A DNA stretch of 60,247 nucleotides, from the IMG/VR virus record IMGVR_UViG_3300033149_001001, positions 1-60,247 of that record; one strand, written 5' to 3'. The position numbers and the translations under genes are program-made. Below are positions 46,178 to 54,914 of this stretch, piece after piece. The notes under the pieces were generated by a model. That model was not told the origin of the DNA. It did not search any database and saw nothing but the letters and a program-made list of their open reading frames with translations. Positions within the stretch are counted from its first letter, which is position 1; each line of letters opens with the position of its first letter. Source of the DNA: a virus (Duplodnaviria; Caudoviricetes).

Positions 46178-48356
46178 ATGAAGATCGACTTAAGCAAAGA
46201 AGAGGCTGCGTACAAAGCGGTACAGGCCCTCAAGAAAAGCGATCCGGCCTTGTATGACACCGGGGTACTCTTCAACCAAAACCTCTTGACCGCCTGTGGG
46301 CAAATCCATGCGGCCCTACTGCAATTGGATGACGACGCTTGTGCAGAGTTCAAGGCCGATAATACCGACTTCTTCGAGGGCTTTGAGTGGACCTACTACA
46401 TGGACTGGCGGAAGACACGGGCCAAAAGCTGTGCTCACTGCCTCGACGTTTATCAGATGTTGAACGTGAAGTTCGGAGTCCAGCACTTCGTTGGTGAAAC
46501 CTTCTACGCCGGTATCCCTGTAGTCACCGAAGAGGAAGTCAATTGTGCCTGCCAGTCTTGCGACGGCGGAATGAAAATTGGTATTGATGGCCAGCTACAT
46601 AAGACGGACAAATTTGGGGAATTTGAGCCCTGGTCAGACCCCAACGACATCTATGGAGACGGCACGGGCGTAACGACTGCGGACCTACAACAAGAACCGG
46701 AGCCAGAATACCCTTGCTTGTGTATGAAGTGTAAGCATATGACGGGTGACGGCTCGTGCTGCATAGACCCCGACAACCATACTTGTTTTGAGGAGATTTG
46801 AGGATGAACCAGGAACAACTCGCGAAGGACGCCAAATTAAAACGGTGTGAGTGCTCCGGGGAATTGGAGACGCTGAACCGCATTTGGCATGTCCTGAATA
46901 GCTTGGGCTATTCCGGGGATATGGTAGAATCTGTGGAATGCTTGGCGAATGATGCCCGACGCCCGGCCACGGACCTACGGGCGAACGAGATTGCCGTGCC
47001 CATGGAGACGGCAAAGGGCCTGCTTGTTATAGCAAAGCCCAAGGGGCCGGGCGGCATTGCAGTGGTTGACCGCCTGCGGTCTATCATCTACGAGGCTGGC
47101 GGCATGGATTTTCCCGACGAAGTTGTTGTACCCAAAGAACTCGCGGAGGAATTATGAGAGTAGTGAAATGTACCCCAATGCGAAATTTCAAGGGCTGGAT
47201 GCTTTTGGTCATTCAGGGAGACGAGACCATCAAGCCCGGAGACGTTATGCGAGACGATGGCATACTCGGAGAAGCGATCAACCAAGAAAATCGACCTGTC
47301 CTAACCACCTGCGGTCTATCAAGTGACAACATACGTCGCTGGGGCTCGCAAAGAGAACTTCGTGAAGCAGTGCGACAATACAACATCCGAAACAGTGCTT
47401 ATCAAATCGAAATCGTCGAATGAATCTTCTTGCGTGCGAATTGTGTGGCCTGACCTGGACCCGGACACGGGCCCTTGCTGCGGGCTGGATCGAAAAACCA
47501 ATGGTGCGGTGTACTGCATGTATCCCACCGAGACTTCAAGACAGGAGAAAGCAAATGTGGTTACTCATCAGACAAAGTGAGCTTTGGTACGCGACAAAGG
47601 TTGATAAGAAGGATGTAGGTAAATTGGCTGTGGAACACGCCGTCCAGGGCACGGTCTGCATTATTGCCGATGATCTGGAGTGGGCTTGTTCTGAAATGGG
47701 CGTCAAGATCGATGATGTAAAGGTCATTACGGAATAATGAAGATTACACTGCCAGCATGTCAGGTTCCGAATGGGTACTCGGTCACAAAACCCACGGGGA
47801 CCGTTCATTACCACATTGCCCACAACCTCAAGGTCTACTCGAAGGGCCGCAATGAAATTGCCTATGACTTGGCAAGCCACGTCTTCCTATACCTTGGAAA
47901 CAAGGTCGAGATGATTGCAAAAGATACGCCGGTCACTGTGCAGTTTGATACGGTTCAAAAAGCTATTGATTTTCTGGAGAAAGTACAATGTGGAGAATGA
48001 GGATTGAAAAGCAAGAACTGATTGTTGAGAATGCACACCTCGGCCTCTTCACTTGCTGCCTCTGCGGGGCCCAAGGTAAAAACTTCCGGCTCACGCATAT
48101 GTCTGGATGTATCTTTCAAAACATACACATCCAGGAGGTAGACCTTCACGGCGTCCCATACTCAGTGGATTTTAGTTGGGACGCCCGTAATAAGTGCTGG
48201 CACTGGACCGCCCCGAACGACGTGCTGTATGTAATCCGACAAACCAGACATGGAACATACCAAATGTTGCACAACGAGGAAGTCATCTTAAAGGCGGATA
48301 CCTTGGGCACACTACGGAATCTAATCTATCACGATATCGAACGCTTTGGAGGCTGA
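46178..48356 (+). other. Run of hypothetical ORFs (46178..46801, ~46798..47157, 47154..47423, 47420..47737, 47737..48000, ~47997..48356)
   Basis: Coupled + strand ORFs, no recognisable family. Confidence 0.55.
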
Positions 48357-48357
48357 T

Positions 48358-48783
48358 ATGATTTATTGGAGGGCAATTGCCACAGTGCCCAGGGATGGGC
48401 AACGTGTGGTCTTGGGGTGTGCTAACGACGTCCGGGCAGGGCAGTGGATCGATGACGGCTGGGTTGATGCTCGCGGGGTTCCCGTGCCTTGGGAGCCGAC
48501 ACACTGGTCCTCGTGGGAACCGCCTTCGACGGTGGCCGAAATCGAGGCGAAGGATGAACAGCGTATCTGGGACAACGACTACCGCCGGAAGTTGCAACGA
48601 TACCTGATCCAGTGCTCCTATTGGTACTACGTCAAGAATGATCCCCAACTGACGGATCAAGAATTCGACCGATTGTTCGCCGAACTTCGGAAGTTGGAGG
48701 AGGAATTGGGGGCGGACCCAAAATCACCGACGCAAATGATTTATGGAGATCAGGAATCGCAATATGTGGATAATCCGACATAA
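48358..48783 (+). CDS. DUF551-like domain fused to an NAD-dependent DNA ligase subdomain Ia-like module
   Basis: W..I.TVPRDG..V...PTHW; YWYYVKNDPQLTDQEFDRLFAELRKLE. Confidence 0.65.
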   Translation: MIYWRAIATVPRDGQRVVLGCANDVRAGQWIDDGWVDARGVPVPWEPTHWSSWEPPSTVAEIEAKDEQRIWDNDYRRKLQRYLIQCSYWYYVKNDPQLTDQEFDRLFAELRKLEEELGADPKSPTQMIYGDQESQYVDNPT

Positions 48784-49391
48784 GAAGAGCGGATATATCT
48801 TCACGACTATGGGCTGGATTTCGCGATTGGACGTGCTGCCCAAGGGGACCGCTGAATATGGCTCGCGTAAGGCGGCAATCTCGGCCGTCAAGCAGTGTGG
48901 CGTCCTGGACCGGACGGAATTGACCTTAGACGACTTGGAGGTTGTGTATGTGGTGGCTGAGAGAAAAGGATAGCGGCGGCATTTTGGTAATCAACAAACG
49001 TGTGGGGGTGCCGGACATACTCGGTGAACGTATCTTGGGCTATCTGGATCGGGCCCACGCAATCGTGGCCTTGAAGATCAATCAGGAGCATATGGATCGT
49101 GATCTTGAGCTTGTGAATGAATGTGGTAAGACCATGGAGGAGATGATGGCTTGGCCGGTTCAGGAAGGCTTTGCCTTGCGGCACCGCGAAGGCTGGTACT
49201 GGATGCACCCGGTGAGTCGGCGGGTCTGGTACAGGCGGGCCCAGAATGCCGAGGTGGCCTGGAAGATATGGGAATTTGAGTGGGGTCATCGGGACGGCCG
49301 GAAGCCCAGAACGCCGGGGCGGGCGAAAATGGAGATGGTCCGGGGCCGGGCGGATGGGTCCATCGAGATTCTGGATATGTGGTTTGTATAG
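48764..49391 (+). other. Two hypothetical ORFs (48764..48973, ~48942..49391)
   Basis: Last ORFs before the long non-coding region. Confidence 0.5.
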
Positions 49392-49847
49392 ATTATAGGG
49401 TCCACTCGTTCTATTTCATACTCTATTAACGGACTTTTCGTAAATGCTTGACAACACTGGGTTTAGGGGTTGACTCACTTTTGGGGCCAAAAAAGTTGCT
49501 ACCGACCAGTAAGGGATAAATACTGTTGGGGAAGGGACTTATGCAGGAGTACTCTTTTACGCCTTTATTTTCAATCACGCAACCAGAAAACTCAAGCTGA
49601 GGGACATCGGTCATAGAATTGAAAGAGAACTCAAACAAGAAAAATAAGTTGTATAAGATGATGAAGTTATTAAGTATAGTATTTTTAACGACTTACGTCA
49701 GGTAACTACGGTACCACTTCTGTTATTTCCTGGAGAAAAGTTGTATACGAATTCTTTCGTAGTTAAGGGCGTGCAATCTGGGCTAAAAGTGGCTCGATTC
49801 AGGACTCTCGCCGCTGATCTGAGGCCCAGAGACGCCCGGCGGATGTC

Positions 49848-49996
49848 GAGGGTGGGTTAAGGGTGGGTTGGCCTTCCTGCGGCCTCTCAGAGGGTGGGTT
49901 GACGTTTGTAGAGGGTGGGTTGAGGGTGGGTTGACTTTTTTGTTCGCTGCCAGAGGGTGGGTTGGCCTTTGTTAAGGGTGGGTTGAGGGTGGGTTG
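49848..49996 (+). repeat. Phased GGGTGGG repeat array (63-bp period) containing three G3-T-G3-N4-G3-T-G3 motifs
   Basis: Cores at 49850, 49861, 49892, 49913, 49924, 49955, 49976, 49987. Confidence 0.9.
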
Positions 49997-50030
49997 GTGT
50001 TTGATGATTATCAAACACGCCTGCACCTGC

Positions 50031-50182
50031 GTTATCGGACCTCCGGCCCAGTCCAGTTATCGGACCTCCGGCCGCCATCTGGTTATTGGACCTTCGGCGT
50101 CGTCTGGTTATCGGACGCCTGGACGCCTGGACGGCCACCGCCTGGACGGCCGACGCCTGGACGCCTATATTGATTATCGGAC
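50031..50182 (+). repeat. Cluster of TTATCGGAC motifs with GGACGCCT microrepeats
   Basis: Copies at 50032, 50057, 50083 (variant), 50108, 50174. Confidence 0.85.
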
Positions 50183-50246
50183 GTTCCGTGTCAAGAATCT
50201 ATCTACATATATCATAAACTATTTGTTGCAAAACACAAGAAAAATC

Positions 50247-50274
50247 TTGTTTCTTCTCCTATGTGTGTTATACT
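50247..50274 (+). promoter_or_regulatory. Early-type promoter
   Basis: TTGTTT-N16-TATACT with upstream A tract and extended TG. Confidence 0.6.
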
Positions 50275-50310
50275 TTGATTGTCGAGAGAACCTTTCTTAG
50301 GAGTGAAAAA

Positions 50311-51148
50311 ATGACGGCACGACTGATTAGCAAAATGGTGATCGTGTTTGGTGTGTTCTTGTTGCTGGTTTGGTCGGGCGTACAGGCGGCACATTATGCA
50401 GATACATTGGCGACGGAATCGGCGAAAACAGCCACAACAATCGAAAGCATTTTGTCGGAGTAAAGATCATGGAAAAATGCGATTTATATGTTGCAGAACG
50501 CGGGTCTGATAATTGGGAATGTCGTCATAAGGCTATATCCCAGGAATTGGCCAAAAGTCTTAAAGCTGAATTTGTTGCTGCTGGTTATCGTTGTGTTATC
50601 CGGCACCATACAATCGAAAGCATTTTGTCGGAGTAAAGATCATGCGAACAAAACCACTGACGGATTGCAAATGGATAACAGCCAAACAGCAAACCAATGA
50701 GTATGCGTTTTGGCTGGTCATTGAACTGATCGACACGGAGGAAATTTATGGTTCGGACAATGAGGGCAAACCTAAGTATGTTGCCCAAGTACATGCAGTG
50801 TCCCCGGATTTGGCTGGGCCGGAAAACATAGCAGACGCTATAGAATGCTATGGTGTCGCAGAGAATCTGTCCGGGGAATTGGCTGTAGTAGAGTGCTTGT
50901 TTGCATATGGTGTGTCTGCAATATGCGACGAATTTTCCGGCAACAATCGCCGGAAAGTGCTACGTGCAGCCAAACACGCTATTGGTCCGATTGCGGCGAT
51001 GTTGGGCTTCTTTTTGGATGGACCCCAAAACCAAGCAGGTCATACCGGTTGGGACTTCCTCAAAGGCGATTTGTCCTCAGAGACGGCGATTGCCAACCGG
51101 AAACGGTGGGGTTCTGAGGTTCCGCCGGTCATGCACGTTGAATCATAG
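50311..51148 (+). other. Three early ORFs (50311..50463 secreted/membrane, 50469..50636, 50642..51148) joined by an identical 35-bp junction repeat
   Basis: GGAG RBS; repeat at 50437-50471 and 50610-50644. Confidence 0.65.
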
Positions 51149-51156
51149 GACAAGCT

Positions 51157-51777
51157 ATGATGGCAAAGGCAAAGACCAAACGTCTATGTTTACGGATAGA
51201 CATAGATACTACAGACAAACGGGCAAAAACATGGTATCCGGATGCTACAAAGCTGATAAAAGACCTGTATCCGGATAATTGGGGTCTTTTTATCGATTTT
51301 CTGGCATCTACGTCGCCTCGTATGTCTGTTAAAAAGAATTGGTGTGTCTCTGTGGCATTGATGGAGGCATATGAGAATCGCCATACTTCCCCACAGGAAT
51401 GGGGCGATTTGCTGGCAAGCCTTATGCCCGCACACCTAAACAACGTAGTGCGGGCATTGCAGGGCAAGTCAATTCACGGGCCCAAAGTTTCACGGTTTGC
51501 CGCAAACCTCAAAGGTGATTTAGATGTAGTCACCATCGACGTATGGATATGTCGGGCATACGGATTAGAGCATAAGGCGCTTACTCCAAAAGTGTACGCT
51601 TGCTTAGAGAAGAAAATCCGTAAAGATGCTATGAATTGTGGCATAGAGCCTGCCAATTATCAAGCTCTTGTCTGGTACTCTATCCGGCGGACGTTCGGGA
51701 AACGAGATAAGTCATTCCTATCTGTTTATCGGGAAATTCGCTGCGAAACACCTTGTTTTTCATTTATGGAGGAATAG
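51157..51777 (+). CDS. HhH-GPD DNA glycosylase-like protein (DUF7178-type)
   Basis: WY...ASTSPRMSV..N, GPKVSRF..NL.G...VTIDVW and QALVW motifs. Confidence 0.6.
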   Translation: MMAKAKTKRLCLRIDIDTTDKRAKTWYPDATKLIKDLYPDNWGLFIDFLASTSPRMSVKKNWCVSVALMEAYENRHTSPQEWGDLLASLMPAHLNNVVRALQGKSIHGPKVSRFAANLKGDLDVVTIDVWICRAYGLEHKALTPKVYACLEKKIRKDAMNCGIEPANYQALVWYSIRRTFGKRDKSFLSVYREIRCETPCFSFMEE

Positions 51778-51792
51778 TACAGGGGTAAAGAT

Positions 51793-51828
51793 TCTTTTTG
51801 CTTTCCTGCGAACATAGGTTATACTTTA
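51793..51828 (+). promoter_or_regulatory. Promoter, copy 1 of an identical 36-bp duplication
   Basis: TTGCTT-N16-TATACT; identical to 52006-52041. Confidence 0.75.
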
Positions 51829-51859
51829 AGGGTAAGGAACCTATTTAGGAGAGTCAGAA

Positions 51860-52000
51860 ATGCAAGAGAACAAAGTAGACAATGCAGAGGACCACAACAG
51901 AGGCTATTGTCCAGTGTGTGGGCAAAAGGGTTGGGATGTAGTCTGCCAATACTGCGTGGTTTGTGGGCATGATCCCATAAGTGAAGATGAAGATTCTTGA
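51860..52000 (+). CDS. 46-aa Zn-finger protein between duplicated promoters
   Basis: Hand-found ORF, AGGAG RBS, CPVC...CVVC. Confidence 0.6.
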   Translation: MQENKVDNAEDHNRGYCPVCGQKGWDVVCQYCVVCGHDPISEDEDS

Positions 52001-52005
52001 TTGAA

Positions 52006-52041
52006 TCTTTTTGCTTTCCTGCGAACATAGGTTATACTTTA
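52006..52041 (+). promoter_or_regulatory. Promoter, copy 2
   Basis: Identical to 51793-51828. Confidence 0.75.
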
Positions 52042-52069
52042 CGTAGCAAGGGTTTGTAGGAGCAAGATT

Positions 52070-52950
52070 ATGACTCAAGAAGCAAGAGAAAAGCTGTTAC
52101 GAAAGCTGGCAAAACGCCGAAAAGGCACGCAAGTTACACTAACCCCGGTTGAGCGAGACTATCTTGCGTCCCTGATCTTGGCCGAAAAGGAGTGGATAGA
52201 TGGATAAGCAGCGTCTCGGCGAAGGCTATGCTGGCACTTGTGGTGTTGGCATACTTTTGCCTATGTTGATGGGGTGCGATATGAACAAGGTAGACTACGA
52301 TTCAGCAGTGTGTGATTGTGACGGTTACGGAAACGTAACTGTCGGAAAAACCTACAAAGGCTTTGTGCTTGAGGTGTCAGATGTTTCTGTGAAGGTGTGG
52401 GACGCCGACGATAACTTCATCGGCAAGTTTAGCACTATCACAGAGGCAAAGGCTGTTATTGATAATCTGCTGTAGCAGCCTGTTTTGTGCCACAAAGCCT
52501 CAGACGTCCGGTAACTTTTTTAGGAGTGATGCAATGGTAAAGGCAAGATTGTTTCTATCTGTGGTCTCTGGCGACGTCTTGGCACTTTCTAATCATGCCG
52601 CAAATGTGATGAAGGAATTTCGCTTGTGTGCAAACGTCGTGCCCCTGTGGTCAAGTGTACACAACAATTCTACTGGCGGCTATGGGGTTGAAGCTGGCTG
52701 CCGCATTGACATTCTGTCCGATGCAGAGGAAGATCAGATTCTCCTCTTATGGACGAAACTTCGCGAAGCCTTTGGGATTCACTGCGTTTGGCTGGATGTT
52801 CATGGGTATTCGGGCTGTATCTGTAACTGGCCGTACTACGTCCAAAATTTTGACAAGGTGAATCACGAATCGCCGATGAAGTGCTCGGAGTATACCGGCT
52901 TGGACGCTACCGGGCACGACGCCGATGGCAATCGTCGTGAATACTGGTAG
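52070..52950 (+). other. Early ORFs 52070..52207, 52281..52475, 52534..52950
   Basis: SD-like sequences upstream of each ATG. Confidence 0.55.
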
Positions 52951-53042
52951 ACAATCCGCCGGACCACCCTTCCGGCTTTCACATCATAGGGCCCGATAAC
53001 TTCACCCCGGTTATCGGGCCTCCTTCCTTTTCGGAAATTTTT

Positions 53043-53070
53043 TTGCATTCCCGCTAATGTGTGTTATACT
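53043..53070 (+). promoter_or_regulatory. Early-type promoter
   Basis: TTGCAT-N16-TATACT. Confidence 0.7.
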
Positions 53071-53180
53071 TTACGTATGGACAGTGAAACGAAATACCGT
53101 TTGTTCAACAACGTCTCGGCAAAGGCTATGTTGGCACTTGTGGTGCTGGCATATCTTTGCCAGTGTTAGTGAGGTGCAAT

Positions 53181-53702
53181 ATGAATAGGGCAGACTACGA
53201 CTTAAAGAAGAAGTACACGCTGCAATCCACGACGCTAACCGTGGACGGGCATACACTGCATCGGATTGTCCGAGTTTCCGACGGCGTGGCTGGCGGATGG
53301 ATTGAGCATGAGGGGAACTTGAGCCACGACGGCAAGGCGTGGGTTTCTGACGATGCCTTGATCTATGGCGACGCCCAAGTCTGTGGCGATGCTCAAGTCT
53401 GTGGCAATGCGGAAGTCTATGGCAAGGCAGAAGTCTGTGGCAAGGCGAAAGTTTGGGGCGACGCCCTGATCTATGGCGACGCCCAAGTCTGTGACAATGC
53501 CAAGGTCTATGGCAGGGCGGAAGTCCACGGCGTCGCTCAAGTCTGTGGCAATGTCAAGGTCTACGACGACGCCCAAGTCTATGGTAATGCCAAGGTCTGT
53601 GGCAATGCCAAGGTCTACGACGATGCCAAGGTCTACGGTAATGCCAAGGTCTGTGGCGATGTCAAGGTCTGTGACATTGCCTTGATCTACGGCGATGCCT
53701 AA
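53181..53702 (+). CDS. Hexapeptide-repeat (left-handed beta-helix) protein
   Basis: GGWIEHEGNLSH..AWV followed by about 20 V(Y/C)(G/D)(N/D)A(K/Q) repeats; GAGGTG RBS. Confidence 0.8.
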   Translation: MNRADYDLKKKYTLQSTTLTVDGHTLHRIVRVSDGVAGGWIEHEGNLSHDGKAWVSDDALIYGDAQVCGDAQVCGNAEVYGKAEVCGKAKVWGDALIYGDAQVCDNAKVYGRAEVHGVAQVCGNVKVYDDAQVYGNAKVCGNAKVYDDAKVYGNAKVCGDVKVCDIALIYGDA

Positions 53703-53760
53703 GTCTATGGCAATCGTCGCGAACATTGATAGTCGGCGGATGACGTAGCATTCGCACCAT

Positions 53761-53794
53761 GCGGCCGAAGGTAAGCCTTCGGCCGTATTCTTTT
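53761..53794 (+). terminator. Rho-independent terminator
   Basis: CGGCCGAAGG-TAAG-CCTTCGGCCG then ATTCTTTT. Confidence 0.75.
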
Positions 53795-53798
53795 GCTC

Positions 53799-54368
53799 AG
53801 CGGCAGGCGCTCTGGCGGCCGACACCACGGCGGCAGGCGCTCTGGCAGCCGACACCACGGCAGCCGACACCACGGCGGCAGGCGCTCTGGTAGCCGACAC
53901 TCTGGTAGCCGACACTCTGGCAGCCGACGCTCTGGCAGCCGACATCGCAGCGGCAGGCGCTCTGGCAGCCGACATCGCAGCGGCAGGCGCTCTGGCGGCC
54001 GACACCACGGCGGCCGACACCACGGCGGCAGGCGCTCTGGCAGCCGACGCTCTGGCAGCCGATCTGGCAGCCGACACTCTGGCAGCCGACGCTCTGGCAG
54101 CCGACACCACGGCGGCAGGCGCTCTGGCAGCCGACACCACGGCAGCCGACACCACGGCGGCAGGCGCTCTGGCAGCCGACACCACGGCGGCCGACACCAC
54201 GGCGGCAGGCGCTCTGGCAGCCGACATCGCAGCGGCCGACGCCACGGCGGCAGGCGATCTGGCAGCCGACATCGCAGCGGCCGACACCACGGCGGCAGGC
54301 GCTCTGGCAGCCGACATCGCAGCGGCAGGCGCTCTGGCAGCCGACACCACGGCGGCAGCCGACGCCGA
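53799..54368. repeat. GC-rich tandem array of about 37 15-bp units of a few variant types
   Basis: GGCGGCAGGCGCTCT / GGCAGCCGACACCAC / GGCAGCCGACATCGC / GGYAGCCGACRCTCT units. Confidence 0.95.
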
Positions 54369-54374
54369 AATTTC

Positions 54375-54677
54375 TTATAGGACCTTGGCGGTGGCCGGAA
54401 TTTCTTATGGGACCACCGCAGATTGGCGTCCGATAACTGACGTCCGATAAGACCAGTTATGTGTCGCCTAAGTTATCGGGCCATGCACGTCCGATAATAT
54501 CGACGCCCGATAACGCACGTCCTATAGTATATGACGTCCGATAATAGCAGGCATTAGGGGGCCTTTCCCCCAGTATTATCGGACGGGGAGCCGGGGTTGC
54601 CATCCGTCCTCAGTCCCCGAACCTTCAACCCTCAAAATTTCAAAAAAGACCTATAAGCCCCAGAACCATTATCGGAC
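54375..54677. repeat. Second TTATCGGAC/GTCCGATAA motif cluster
   Basis: Exact copies at 54428, 54442, 54489, 54536, 54576, 54669; variants at 54375, 54405, 54473, 54505, 54519. Confidence 0.85.
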
Positions 54678-54711
54678 ATCCCCCACCCATAAAAATTTTC
54701 AAAAAAACCTC

Positions 54712-54740
54712 TTGACCGAGGAGCCCATCCTTGCTACAAT
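54712..54740 (+). promoter_or_regulatory. Sigma70-like promoter giving a probably leaderless mRNA for a 44-aa Zn-ribbon ORF (54747..54881)
   Basis: TTGACC-N17-TACAAT; ATG 6 nt downstream. Confidence 0.65.
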
Positions 54741-54914
54741 AGCACCATGACAGAGCTAAAAGGATATAGATGTGAGTGTGGCAACATTGTGTGGTCTCCA
54801 AGTCACATAGATGAAAAGATCAAGTGTGACAAGTGTGGGGTCTGGATGAAAAAGGACGATAGATTGGAGGTAGTTGGATAATGTATCTGAAAGTACAAAA
54901 CGAAAGGAGACCAC

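Noticed and set aside
49799-50300. ORFs across the G-rich repeat region
   Set aside because: Translations merely mirror the repeats, with no RBS; treated as non-coding
50437-50644. Mini-CRISPR from the 35-bp (and 36-bp) direct repeats
   Set aside because: Only two copies each, the intervening 138 and 177 bp are genes, and the repeats are an RBS junction and a promoter
53700-53702. Stop-codon reassignment
   Set aside because: TAA, TAG and TGA all end genes at tight junctions and core genes are intact in the standard code
53235-54350. 371-aa Ala-rich minus-strand ORF
   Set aside because: Open only because it runs through two low-complexity repeats, antisense to a credible gene, in an otherwise single-strand genome
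53799-54368. CRISPR array
   Set aside because: Units are contiguous 15-mers with no unique spacers, and there are no cas genes
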